A DNA stretch of 64,000 bases. Source: Squalus acanthias (lineage: Eukaryota). How positions within the stretch are numbered: position 1 is the stretch's first letter; every line of letters starts with the position of its first letter. Shown piece after piece: positions 38,160 through 50,820 of this stretch. The notes beneath the pieces were generated by a model. It ran no database searches and was not told where the DNA came from. It saw nothing but the letters and a program-made list of their open reading frames with translations. The translations under genes were made by a program, and so were the position numbers. The DNA lies in assembly GCA_030390025.1 (NCBI GenBank), contig CM059438.1:68264001-68328000 (forward strand), read 5' to 3'.

Positions 38160-38718
38160 AAGCCTTGACTCAGTGGTAGAACTCTCGTCTCCGAGTCAGA
38201 AGGTTGTGGGTTCAAGCCGCACTGCAGAGACTTGAGCACATATTCTAGACTGAGGGAGTGCTGTCCTGTCGGTGGTTATCTTTCAGATGAGACATTAAAC
38301 TGAGGCTCTGCCCTCTCGGGTGGACATAAAATACATTACAACAGTGACTACACTTCAAAAGTACTTCATTGGCTGTGAAGCGCTTTGGCACGTCTGGTGG
38401 TCATGAAAGGCGCTATATAAATGCAAGTCTTACTTTTCTTTCTTTAAAATATCCCACAGCTCTATTCAGAGAAGAGCTGGGGAATTCTGCCCACTGTCCT
38501 GGCCAATATTTAGCCCTCAACAAACAGCTAAAACAGATGATCTGGTCATTTATTTAGTTGCCTTTTCTGGGAGCTTGCTGTCTGTAAATTGGCTAACCCC
38601 TTTCCTACATTACAACAGTGACTACACTTCAAAAGTATTTAATTGGCTGTAAAGCGCTTTGGGGTGTCCTGATGTCATGAAAGGTGCAATATGAAGGCAA
38701 GTCTTCCATTCTTTTTCT
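38160..38718 (+). mobile_element. tRNA-headed Deu SINE with an extra tail segment inside
   Basis: A-box tgactcagtggtag, B-box ggttcaagcc; tail segment present at both 38332-38443 and 38607-38718. Confidence 0.8.
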
Positions 38719-39117
38719 TTTATCTGTATTGAACTTAGTATCATTTGTGAATGTCACCAACTTGTACTGTATCTGAATCAAGTTCATTTATGCACATTAG
38801 AAAGACTATGGGGCTACTACTTACTCATGGAGAACTTCAAATAGTATATCTTCCCACCCGCACATTAGTCCCCTAACTAGGACCTGCTGATTCCAATTCC
38901 TTTCTGCACTTTCAGGTTTTGCCTCTGATACCCACTGCCTTACGCTGGTATGAAGGGATATTTGCTATTCCTAGCCCCTTTAGGGCTACCCCGGATCAGG
39001 CGTATTTCTCAGACGTTCACTTTCAACTAAAGTTTGAGGTAGCTGAATCCTAAAGACGCTTAATTGGGTCTAAAGGTCCGGGCTATCTCTCCCTAAAGGA
39101 AAGGAACAACCCAAGAA

Positions 39118-40094
39118 TGTTACCGTCCTCCAGATAGCGCTTTTAATAAGTTTAGCTGGACTGTAACGTCCAGGATATTATGAGGGTCCGGAAAACTCCC
39201 TCAGAATTCTGTAACTCTTCACCAAAGAGTGTACAGAAATTGAGTTCACGAGTTATTGATACAGAAGACTTATGTAAGACAATTCTAAAAATATATAGAG
39301 ATTTATTAAAAGAACTGACATGCAATTTACAGTTGGTGAATCAGTCAATCGCAACATTAACAGTTCTAAAAAGAGAAAAAATACTATCTTTTTAACAGAG
39401 AATCTTGCTTTTAAATCTTAACTTCGCTACAGTATTACAGTTCTTAAAGGTTTCTATACAGGATATCCATCAATATCAAATACCTTTGATCCCCGAGGTA
39501 TAAAGAGTTGGAGACTACAGAGCTGCCTCTGTAGCCGAGAATCGCTTTGCCCAATTAAAGCGAGTCTGACATCCCATTTGAAACTTCAATATTTATACCC
39601 TTTTCCAGTTGTATTTCCTTTAAGGTTTTCTGCTATTGCAAGTTAATTATCCCTATTCATCTTTCTGTCAACCTCTGCAATTCTTACTGCTACATCAGCC
39701 AGAATCTTGTCTCTACTCCAGGTGTTCTAGGGTCACCACATAGAACAATGTGAAAGGCAGGTGTTCCTTATCCTATGTCACCTTTATGAGGGCAGATGTT
39801 CTTTATCTTATGTGCCATCTTTATGAAGTTTAAATTTGAACACCTTATCCAGGGTGAACCATTGTTTTTGTTCCCAAAGGTCAGCCTGTCGGAGCCATGC
39901 ACCTTCTGTTTCAATAAGGTTATTTATTCAGGGTCAACAACTGTCTTATCTCAATAGCCAGAATTCTTTCCTAGCTATTTACTAGTTAGGTTTCTAAATT
40001 TCCAAACCCAGTTTGTCATGTTTTAATAAGGCCAGAATTATTTTTATAAGATAGTGCATTTTTCTAAATAGGTTATATGGCGTATTCCTTCACA
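39118..40094 (-). mobile_element. Probable ERV/LTR-retrotransposon LTR with leader remnant (about 38805-39117)
   Basis: Minus strand: TGTGAAGG...GGTAACA termini, GGGTATAAAT at about 39595, AATAAA at about 39305, then TTCTTGG. Confidence 0.5.
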
Positions 40095-43046
40095 GGTATT
40101 GCAGTCTTTCTTGAGGGACTTAATCAAAGACCACATTAGGTCTTTCGAACATCTACTTGGCACATCACTTCATCAAAAAAAAAACATGGAGGTTGGTCAG
40201 GCTGGATCATTCCCATCTGAAACTGCATTGATTGACATTCACCGAGTTATTTTCATCTGGGTAATCCTCAAATGTGTTGCTAATGATTAGTTCCATTATT
40301 TTGCTAACTAATGATGTAAGACTCATGGGTCTGTGTTTAGCTGGGTTTCTTTTGTCTCCATTTTGGAGTTTAGGTATTACCCTGCTTGTTTCCAGTCCAG
40401 CAGGAGCTCCCCTGTATCTGTTAATTCCTTGATGATTATTATTAGTAGATTTTGTCTCATCTCACTTAACATTCTGGGTTGTATACATCCATCCCTGGGA
40501 ATTCCTTGGCTTTTGAGTCCATGTAGGACCTCCAAGCAAATGCTGTTAAATATTACAATAGTCAGTCCATTTCAAGGTAATTAATTGTAAGTGAAATGCC
40601 TTGAGCTGTATAAATGCAAGTCTGTTTCTTTCATAACAGTTTCTAAGGCCGTGATTTTCCGAGTGGAGGCGGGTTGGAAGCGGCTTTGATGTTCGGCGGG
40701 TTCCGGTCCCGCTGTCGGTTTCAGCCGCCCTGGAGTTAAGATTTTAGCTTAAGTGGGCTGATTAACATAGAAACATAGAAGATAGGAGCAGGAGTAGGCC
40801 ATTCGGCACCTCGAGCCTGCTCCACCATTCAATGAGATCATGGCTGATCATCCAAACTCAGTACCCTGTAACTGCCTTCTCCCCATATCCCTTGATACCT
40901 TTAGCCTTAAGAAATATATCTAACTCATTCTTGAATATATTTAATGACTTGGCCTCAACTACCTTCTGTGGTAGAGAATTCCACAGGTTCACCACTCTCT
41001 GGGTGAAGAAATTCTTCCTCATTTCTGTCCTAAATGGCTTACCCCTTATCCTTAGATTATGACCCCTGGTTCTGGACTCTCCGACCATCGGGAACATTCT
41101 TCCTGCATCTAGTTTGTCCAGACCTGTCAGAATTTTATATGTTTCGATGAGATCCCCTCTCATTCTTCTATACTCCAGCGAGTATAAGCCCAATCGACCC
41201 AATCTCTCCTCATATGTCATTCCTGCCATCCCAGGTATCAGCCTTGTGAATCTTCGCTGAACTCCTTCCATGGCAAGAACATCCTTCCTCAGATAAGGCA
41301 ACCAAAACTGCACACAGTACTCAAGGTGTGGTCTCACCAAGGCCCCGTACAACTGCAGCAGGACATCCCTGTTCCTATACTCAAACCCTTTCGCTATGAA
41401 GGCCAACATACCATTTGCCTTCTTCATCGCCTGCTGCACCTGCATGCTTACCTTCAGCGACTGGTGCACAAGAACACCCAGGTCTCGTTGCACTTCCCTT
41501 TCTCCCAATCTATTGCCATTCAGATAATAGTCTGCCTTTCTGTTTTTGACACCAAAGTGGATAACCTCGCATTTATCCACGTTATATTGCATCTGCCACG
41601 CTTCTGCCCACTCACACAACCTGTCCAAATCATCCTGGAGTTTCTCAGTATCCTCCTCGCAGCACACACTCCCACCCAGCTTTGTGTCATCTGCAAACTT
41701 GGAGATATTACATTTAGTTCCCTTATCTAGATCATTAATGTATATTGTGAATAGCTGGGGTCCAAGGACCGATCCTTGCGGTACCCCACTAGTCACTGCT
41801 TGCCACTCGGAAAAAGACTCATTAATTCCTACTCTCTGCTTTCTGTCCGCCAACCAGTTCTCTATCCAAGTCAATACCTTGCCCCCAATCCCATGTGCCT
41901 TAACTTTACACGCTAATCTCTTATGCGGGACCTTATCGAAAGCCGTTTGAAAGTCCAAATACACCACATCTACTGGTTCTCCCTTATCTATTTTCCCAGT
42001 TACATCCTCAAAAAATTCCAGTAGATTAGTCAAGCACGATTTACCTTTTGTAAATCCATGTTGACTTTGTCCGATCTTGTCACTGTTTTTCAGGTGCTCA
42101 GCTATTACATCCTTTATAATGGACTCTAGCATTTTCCCCACTACCGATGTCAGGCTTACCGGGCTATAATTCCCCGCTTTGTCTCTACCACCCTTTCTGA
42201 ATAGTGGGGTAACATTAACTACCCTCCAATCCATGGGTACAGTTCCAGATTCCATCGAATGTTGGAAGATGATCAGCAATGCATCTACTATTTCTAGGGC
42301 CACTTCCTTACGTACCCTAGGATGTTGATTATCAGGCCCTGGGGATTTATCGGCCTTCAATCCTGTCAATTTCCCTAACACCATTTCCCTACAAATACTG
42401 ATTTCTTTCAGTTCCTCCCTTTCATCAGACCCTATGTTCTCCAACATCTCTGGGAGGTTATTTGTGTCCTCTTTGTGAAGACAGAACCAAAATATGCATT
42501 TAGTTGGTCTGCCATTTCTTTGTTCCCCATTATAACTTCCCCCGCTTCTGACTGCAAGGGACCTACATTTGATTTCACTAATCTTTTTCTCTTCACATAT
42601 CTATAAAAGCTCTTACAGTCAGTTTTTATGTTCCCAGCAAGCTTACTTTCAAATTCTATTTTCCCCTTCTTAATTAATCCCTTTGTCCTCCTTTGTTGAA
42701 TCCTAAACAGCTCCCAATCCTCAGGGTTACCGCTTTTTCTGGCCAATTTATATGCCCTCTCCTTGAATCTTATGCTATCCCTAATTTCCCTTGTTAGCCA
42801 CGGTTGAGTCACCCTTTTTAATTTATTCTTATGCCATACTGAGATGAACAAATTCTGTAGTTCATCCATGCAGTCTTTGAATGTTTGCCATTGCCTATCC
42901 ACCGTCAACCCTTTGAGTGACATTCTCCAATCAATCCTACCCAATTCGCGCCTCATACCATCGTAGTTTCCTTTATTTAAATTCAGGACCCTAGTCTCTG
43001 ATTCAACTACTTCACTCTCCATCCTAATGAAGAATTCTATCATATT

Positions 43047-43789
43047 GGCCCAGAAATTGATCTCGCTCTGTTCCCACGGGGGTAAGCCTTCCCCGCGATG
43101 TCTCACCTCGCTTATGCTTTTTCTGATCCAGCTCGCACGAACTTGATGTTCCAGACATCAGCTGTGCTGGGCTTGCGTATCCCAGCGGCGTAGTGAATTA
43201 GTGCGAGCTGTGGGATCACGTGACTCAGTTAGAGCCAATGGCAGCACACCATCTTCCATTCATAAGTCTCACAGCATGGCTGTGAAATCTATGAATCTTA
43301 CACCCCCCCAAAATAACAGCTAAACCTCAATTAAATTTAAAAAAAAACCATCACATTAATAAAATAAGTATAGTTAATTAAATTAACCATTTTAAATAAA
43401 AAATTAAATTTTTGAAAAAATTTAAAATCTTTTAAAAAGTTATAAAAATAAACTTACCTGTCTTTAAAGTCTATAAAAAAGATATACCTGTAAAAAAAAA
43501 TTCAAAAAAATACTTAATTCACTACTTACCTTCTTAAAAGCGGGTCTTACTCCTCCTTTTTACATTTCCAAAATCTTCCCTACTTACCTGCGCGTCCAAA
43601 GCATGAAGTGCACAGCGTGCGCGCAGCCTGTAGCGCGCACGCGATGCACCCAGGCCCCGCCCCCTTTTCAGAAGAGCAATTGCCGGTTTTCAGCGCATGC
43701 GCAGGGCATGCAGAAAACCGGCAATTGGAGTGGGAATACGCGAGAGTACGCACTGCGTACTCTCGCGTCCCGGGATCAATTTTCGGCTC
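43047..43789. mobile_element. Harbinger-type MITE, divergent family C member
   Basis: TIRs ggcccagaaattgatctc / gggatcaattttcggctc; TSD ATT; removal restores the CR1 SDHNMIEF codons. Confidence 0.9.
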
Positions 43790-44402
43790 ATTATGATCAC
43801 TCTGATCCAAGGGGCCTCGTACAACAAGATTGCTAATTAATCCTTTCTCGTTACATAATATCCAGTCTAAGATGGCCTGATTTCTGGTTGGTTCCTTGAC
43901 ATATTGTTCCAGAAAACCATCCCGTAAACATTCTAGGAATTCCTCCTCCACAGTATTTTTACTAATTTGGTTAGCCTAATCTATATGTAAATTAAAGTCA
44001 CCCATGATGAATGCTGTGCCCTTACTGCATGCTTCTCTAATTTCCCTTTGAATGCCATCCCCAACTTCCGTATTACTGTTTGGAGGTCTATATACCACTC
44101 CCACAAACATTTTCTGCCCCTTGTTATTTCTCAGTTCTACCCATACAGATTCCGCATCATCAGAGCTAATATCCTTCCTTTCAATTGTGTTAATCCCCTC
44201 TTTAACCAGCAATGCTACCCCACCTCCCTTTCTTTTTTGCCTATCTTTCCTAAATATTGAATAACCCTGGATGTTGAGTTCCCAGCCTTGGCCACCCTGG
44301 AGCCATGTTTCTGGAATCCCAATCAAATCGTATTCATTTACCTCTATTTGCACAGCTAATTCATCCACCTTGTTCCGAATGCTCCTTGCATTAAGACACA
44401 AA

Positions 44403-45296
44403 GGGGTAAAAATTCAGTTGGTTGCGCCTCCCGTTAGCGCCTTAAGAGGGCGCTAATGGGGCGCAAAGCCGCTAACGCCCGGGCGCAGCGATGTTTGCGC
44501 CGCTCGGGAACTTAACTAGAGATTGAGCGGCGGCGCTAAAACTTACCGCTGCGACCACCTGCGCGCGCAGATTGTGACGTCATTCCATGGTGCAACGCCC
44601 TTGTGGCGCCCCGGAGCGGAAATTGAGTGGCGCCCCCTGCCTTACCGCCTGGCGCATCCAACGACCAGAAGACTGGAACGCTATCAATCGCTGTGGGGCT
44701 GGGGGGGGCGCTATTTAAAGGGGGCCTCTTCCTGTCTTTTATTGTTGGTGGCATTTTTGAACTACGCATTCTGAGAGAGAGAGGGAGAGACTTCTGGAGA
44801 GATTCAACGTTGTGTGAAGGAGTTTTTGGGTACTGAGCAGCACTTTGCAGGTTCATTTTGATTTGCCCTTCCTTGTATCGATTTAGCAGAGACTGTGGCA
44901 GCTGCACTCTGAGCTCTTTGCCTGGTACTCTCCATTATTCTTTCCAGCACATTTGATGTGCAAGTCTCTCCAGGCCGAGATTCAAGGCTGCAATGAACAG
45001 GATGTGGATGGAAAGCAAGATTAACCATCCCCTTTAAGAACTGGCCCGTGCCATTGTGTGTGTGTTCCATTGCTGACTGACATTACATGAGCTTCGCCAG
45101 CGCTCTGAGTTAGCGCCTCACTCCTTGGCCTTTGCGCCTTAAGACAGGTGTGCAGCGCCTGATTTAGCGCTCCACTCACCTCCCGGGGCGGTAAAAGTGA
45201 AGTTTCCAGTCAGTGCCGATAATTAGCGCCAGGCGCTAATATTTGCGTCCAGACGATATTTGCGCCCCAAATGGGGCGCGACCTAATTTTTACCCC
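44403..45296 (-). mobile_element. Non-autonomous Harbinger related to family A
   Basis: Perfect 12-bp TIR ggggtaaaaatt; TSD AAA; inverted homologue of 50821-51694. Confidence 0.92.
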
Positions 45297-45488
45297 AAAG
45301 CCTTCAGGCTTGTTTTTTTAACGCTCTCAGACCTATATGAATTATTATTTACTGTGACCATGTTTGATTGAAACCGTTGAGTTCTTTGCCTTCTACTTTT
45401 GTTTTTCTCCTTCCTGTCTTTAGCTTTTATCCTTGTTTCCCTTTCCTCTGTCTCCCTGCTCAGGTTCCCAACCCCCTGCCACTTTAGT

Positions 45489-46424
45489 TTAAACAGCACT
45501 AGCAAACACTCCCCCTAGGACATCAGTCCCGGCCCTGCCCAGGTGCAGACCGTCCCGTTTGTACTGGTCCCACCTCCCCCAGAACCGGTTCCAATGTCCA
45601 AGGAATTTGAATCCCTCCCCCTTGCACCATTCCTCTAGCCACGTATTCATTTGAAATATCCTCCTATTTCTACTCTGACTAGCACGTGGCACTGGTAGCA
45701 ATCCTGAGATTACTACCTTTGAGGTCCTATTTTTTAATTTACCTCCTAACTCCCTATATTCTGCTTTTAGGAACTCATCCCGTTTTTTACCTATATCGTT
45801 GATGCCTATGTGCACCACGACAGCTGGCTGTTCGCCCTCCCCCTCCGAAATGTTCTGTAGCCGCTCCGAGACGTCCTTGACCCTTGCACCAGGGAGGCAA
45901 CACACCATCCTGGAGTCTCGTTTGCGGCCACAGAAACGCCTATCTATTCCCTTTACAATTGAATCCCCTATCACTATAGCTCTTCCACACTTTTTCCTCC
46001 CAGCCTGTGCAGCAGAGCCACCCATGGTGCCAGGAAGTTGGCTGCTGCTGCCTTCCCCTGATAAGTCATCCTCCCCAACAGCATCCAAAGTGGTATATCT
46101 GTTTGACAGGGGGATAGCCACAGGGGACCCCTGCACTACCTGCCTGCACCTCTTACTCTGCCTGGTGGTCACCCATTCACTTCCTGCCTGTACACCCTTT
46201 ACCTGCGGTGTGACCAACTCGCTAAACATGTTATCCACGACGTTCTCAGCGTCGCGAATGCTCCAATATGCATCCATCCGCAGCTCCAGCGCCACAATGC
46301 GGTCCGTCAGTAGCTGCAGCTGGGTACATTTCCCACACACATGGTCGTCAGGGACACAGGAAGCGTCCCTGATTTCCCACATATAGCAGGAGGAGCATAT
46401 CACGGGGCGGAGCTCTCCTGCCAT
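45489..46424 (-). CDS. CR1 ORF1 protein (Cys/His zinc-finger-like N-terminus, coiled coil, SGNH esterase domain)
   Basis: Open 311-aa frame: CSSC...HVCGKC, IVIGDSIV, CLPGA, VHIGIND, DGLHL. Confidence 0.9.
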   Translation of the reverse strand: MAGELRPVICSSCYMWEIRDASCVPDDHVCGKCTQLQLLTDRIVALELRMDAYWSIRDAENVVDNMFSELVTPQVKGVQAGSEWVTTRQSKRCRQVVQGSPVAIPLSNRYTTLDAVGEDDLSGEGSSSQLPGTMGGSAAQAGRKKCGRAIVIGDSIVKGIDRRFCGRKRDSRMVCCLPGARVKDVSERLQNISEGEGEQPAVVVHIGINDIGKKRDEFLKAEYRELGGKLKNRTSKVVISGLLPVPRASQSRNRRIFQMNTWLEEWCKGEGFKFLGHWNRFWGRWDQYKRDGLHLGRAGTDVLGGVFASAV

Positions 46425-46848
46425 GACTTACCCTTTAAAATTAAATTAAATAAATCCCACCAATTTCACTTAAATCAAATGATATAATCAAGGGCCCTTG
46501 TTTAACAGCAGTCCCCGCTACACCACAGAGACTCTAGAAACTATAAACCACAGAATTTAAGTATGGAAAAAAGGAGAAAGAGAGAAATACTCACCAACCA
46601 ATCACTTACCTGCTTTCTGGTGATGTCACACTTTGATTACTTTTTACTTCTTTACACTCACCGGTCCGTTGTAGCCCCGGCTCGCCTTTCAAATCTCCCG
46701 ATCGTGCGCGCTACCCAGCCCAATTAGTGGGTTCGGATCTGCTGCTCGCCTCTGCTGACATCTTTCAGCCAGCTGTATTTAAGGGGCCCATGCAGCCTTG
46801 TTTTTGATCCATCCTATTCTGCTGCTTCTCGGTGTGGCACTTCTGAAA

Positions 46849-48699
46849 ATGTCTGCTGCAAGACCCAAGGCATCTCCCAGATTTGATGATGACTCCCTCC
46901 ATGCTCTGTGGGGGGAGTGAGAGGGCGCCAGGAGGTACTGTTCCCCTCAACCGGACGGAGGAAGCCTCCTCAGCAAACCAAAGCAGCCTGGCTGCAAATT
47001 GCTGAGGAGGTGAGTGCCAGGTCTTTGTGTGGTCGCAGGAAAAGGTTCAATGACCTGCTACGCACAGCAAAAGTGAATATAACATCACACTTATCATCAA
47101 TCTGTTCCCCATCTCCTCTGATCACCAGCACTCTGCATTGTCAACCTACTCCTCCACATCCCAACTTACCCTTACATCCCTTGCACCCTTAACCATCCCT
47201 CTCTCTCTATGGACAGAATCACTTCACTATTCTACTATGCACCCCTCACACTCGCTATCACTGTTATGCAATGACAACAACTATCAATGCACAGGGAGGG
47301 CCCTTGGTATTGGCACCTCACTCCAGCTTTGTCTCCCTCCAAGCATTTGTGCTATGGATTCGCTACACTCACTCCAACATTCTCACTCAAACTCCACTTG
47401 TGTCCCTCATTGCAGGAAAAGAGAGCCCACAATAAGAGGGAGAAGGGCAGGACAGGAGGAGGACCACCTTCGGTTGCCCTCTTGACCACCACTGAGGAGG
47501 CTGCTCTCGACATCATCGGAGGTGCTGAAGATCTGGAAGTGGGGGACGGTCAGACGGGCACAGTAGAGCAAGCTGGTGACAGAATAGATTTGCAACACTC
47601 TCATTTAGATTGCATGAGTGACTGATATGGCATCTGATGTTCATACGGATTGAGTTCTGATCACCTGCACAATTCGATGTGCCTGCTACTTTCATATCAC
47701 AGGTCTAACTCATGGCTTTGCTCCCCCACAGGACCACCAAGAGCCCCCCTCCCCACTGTCCAGGAGGAAGAGCCGAAAGACTCCTCAGAGGAAGCTGCAA
47801 CCTCTGAGGGCACAACGTCAGCAGAATTGAGCGCACCCAGCACCAGCGCAGAGACGCACACCTCGGTGAGTCATTCGTGAGATAGATTAGTGTTGTCACC
47901 TGGTGTATCACAGCTCACAAGTGAGCATTAGCAGATGGTGGAGACAGGGTCAGCAGTGGAGAGTCCTCGTCGGAGGCCGTAGGACGTTCCTAGCTCTGCT
48001 CAGCTGCATGTGGACCCTGTGCCTCTGGGGCCATTCAGAAAGAGAGCGATGCTGGAAGTTCAGCAGCAAGTGCAGGAGTCTCTGACAGGTTTTGCATCCA
48101 CGGTAACTGCAAGTATGCAGAGAATGGAGGAGTCCATCTCAAACATAAGTAATGCCATGGTGGAGGCAATGGCGCATGAACGTGCCACCATGGAGAGGGT
48201 GGCAACCTCCTTGGAGGTCATAAGTCGCCAGACTCAACAGATCATGGTGACTCTTCTAAGTAGATGGTCTGCTATGGAGGATAGATTGGCAGCTATTGAG
48301 CAGAGACACCAGAGGTACATGGACGTCCCCATTATGAGGACTGTCCATGTGCAGCAAGGTGCTCTCCAGCTACTTGCTAGCAGTGAAGTGCGGGTGACCC
48401 ATGAGAGGGATGTTGGAGGTCGACAACAAGGAAGTGTAGGCTCCTCTCCAAACGCTCACATTCCCTTGCCACTGCAGAGCCCTCGGTCAGAGCCCCAGAT
48501 GACCATCTCAGCCCCTGCACAGTCGCAGGAGGAGCAGACTGTTGCCGAGCCCTCCTAGGCTCCCAAACCCAGAGGACATCCGCCAAAAGTGTCGAAGCAG
48601 GAGCAGCATAAAAGTGAGCAAGGTGCCTCCACATCTGCTGAAGCCACAGGGGAAGCACCGCGTAGAAGCACGCGTAAGAGAAAGTTAACACACAAATAG
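46849..48699 (+). pseudogene. Harbinger Myb/SANT-like protein, family B; predicted exons 46849-47072, 47416-47575, 47732-48699
   Basis: SPRF...AWLQIAEEV...RKRFNDL | EKRAHNKREKGRTGGGPP; basic tail PRRSTRKRK; frameshift in exon 1 and stops in exon 3; AATAAA at about 48769. Confidence 0.82.
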
Positions 48700-48962
48700 T
48701 CACAAGGGTAGTCACTTGGGTGTTTTGATGTAATACATATTTAAGATTATGATCGGCATTTCAATTGTAATAAAGAAATGCGATGGCAAACATTCAAAGA
48801 GTTGGCCTATGTGTGCCCAGAAATGGAAGTGTTACAGTGAGGTGTCAGGGCGCCTTTCATCTGTAATGATGGTGGTGAGAGTGATAGGAACCCACAGTTT
48901 ATTGTACAGATTGTGTATGGTGTGTTAAGAAGGTGGCAGCCACATGTGTTTGCTTCCTAAAC

Positions 48963-50172
48963 TTAAGCGAATCTGGCATGGATTAGTGCATCCCTTGCAT
49001 CACAGGCAGCAATGTGCTCGCGTGCTGGTGGAACTGGCACATCCGCCTTCACAAGGTCTTCCTCCTCCTCTTCTTCCGAGGAGTGTGTGCGCTGAGCCAT
49101 TTGTTCCTCAGGCAGCTGGAAGCCACACTGCTGTGCGATGTTGTGCAGGGCACAGCAGACCACGATGATTCTGGAGACCCTGGCGGGTGCATACTGTAGG
49201 GCTCCACCTGATCTGTCGAGGCATCTGAATCACATTTTGAGCAAGCCGATGGTTTGCTCGATGATGGCTCTGGTGGAAATGTGGCTCGCATTGTAGCACT
49301 CCTCAGCTTCGTTTGATGGCCTCCTCAACGGCGTCATTAGTCACGTCTTCAGGGGATAGCCCTTGTCTCCAAGTAACCATCCGGAAAGTTGGGTTGGCAG
49401 ATTGAAGAACGGAGGCACACTAGACTGCCGCAGGATGAACGAGTCATGGCAACTGCCAGGGAACTTGGCGCAAACATGCATAATGTTCTTCCTGTGGTTA
49501 CACACCAGCTGGACGTTAAGGGAATGGAAGCCCTTGCGGTTGAAAAATACAGCTGTGTTGTGATGGGGTGCCCTAATGGCCACGTGTGTGCAGTCTACGA
49601 TGCCCTGCACCCTTGGCAAGCCTGCCATATTTGCAAAGCCAACCGCACGCGCCGTTACACTTGCTTCATCTGTGGAGAAGTGGATGTAATTGTGCGCCTT
49701 TGCAAAGAGAGCATCGGTAACCTGCATGATGCAAGTGTGTGCGAACGACTGGGAGATGCTGCTGATGTCTGCTGATGATCCCTGGAAGGACCCTGAAGCA
49801 AAAAAAATTGAGGGCGGTGGTGACTTTCACAGCCACTGGTAAGGAGTGTCCACCCGCTCCTCTGGGCTCCAGGTGTTGGTGCAGCATTGCGCAGATGTCA
49901 GCGACTACCTCTCGCGAAAGTCTCAGCCTCCTTTGGCTCTGCTGCTCACTCATGTTGAGGAAACTCATCCTCAGCCTGCAAACCCTGTGTTGGGGGTATC
50001 TCTTGCGGCGAGGTGCAGCCTTGCACAGATGCCCTCTGCCCTGTGCAGCATCAGGTGGTTGAGGAGAAGGCTGGCACTCCTGTTGTTGCTGTTGTGCCTG
50101 GTCCTGCTGCTGCCACGGCTGCTCTTCCTCCGAATCTGAGGACCAGGATGAGAGGATATAAATGGTTCCCAT
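48963..50172 (-). pseudogene. Harbinger DDE transposase, family B, disrupted
   Basis: [53 protein letters not shown]; frameshifts and stops. Confidence 0.93.
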
Positions 50173-50820
50173 TCTGCTGGTAGATATTTCAACTGAGGAA
50201 TAGATGTTATAAGCACTCAGGCAATGTGGGGAGAAGGTTTTCCAAGGTGGTCACACTGCATATGGATCTCAGCTTAACAAGCTCAATAGACCGGCAAAAT
50301 GTGTTCCAACACCTCAAAAAACAAAGTGCTGTCATCTGAAACTCCGCCATGTTACAGGTCCACTTTTATGCTGCAGATGCAGCTGTCAAGAATTTCCGTA
50401 GTTCCTGAACCCGGCACAATCAGCTGGCGTGTTTTGCGAACGGCGTGGAACACACTGAAAATGTCCTAAAATGGGAAGAGCCTGCTAAAATCGGATTATG
50501 TAAGCACTTAACAAGCTGTTAACTGCCTTAAGTGCCTCTCCCGCCGCTTGGTGGCGGGTCTGCGCGGGACTCCCAGACCCGACACTTGGCAAAGTTGCAC
50601 GAGGCGGGTTGACGGCGGGTTCGGAACCCGCTGTCAATCAAATCGAATTTAACCTCTGACCTGCCTCCAAACCCGCCCTCTGAGCGCTGGCAAAATCGCG
50701 GCCTAAGTCTTTGTCATGAAGTGTGGTTAAACCACTATACCAATAAGAAATAAATCTGTAGTTTTGGAGACTCAAGTTATTATTGAATAACAGATTGGGA
50801 AGAGTTGTAATATGAATAAA

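Larger units (their letters stand above)
40858..45400 (-). pseudogene. CR1 ORF2 (APE endonuclease plus reverse transcriptase), disrupted
   Basis: CLNARSIRNK, ETW, GDFNLH, SDHN, KSPGPD, PQGSVLGP, FADDTKLG; split by MITEs and frameshifts; start approximate. Confidence 0.93.
40766..46709 (-). mobile_element. Full-length CR1 LINE (HER1-like)
   Basis: 5'UTR, ORF1, ORF2 (APE and RT) and (tttctatg)n tail are all present; two MITE insertions. Confidence 0.95.
40647..50703. mobile_element. Full-length PIF/Harbinger transposon, family B, with a nested CR1
   Basis: TIRs ggccgtgatttt / aaaatcgcggcc; TSD TAA on both sides; convergent Myb/SANT and transposase genes. Confidence 0.92.

Noticed and set aside
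38160..38225. tRNA gene
   Set aside because: It is the tRNA-derived head of a SINE and continues into the Deu core
42432..43951. ORFs of 224 and 123 aa as separate genes
   Set aside because: Chimeric readings across the CR1/MITE junctions
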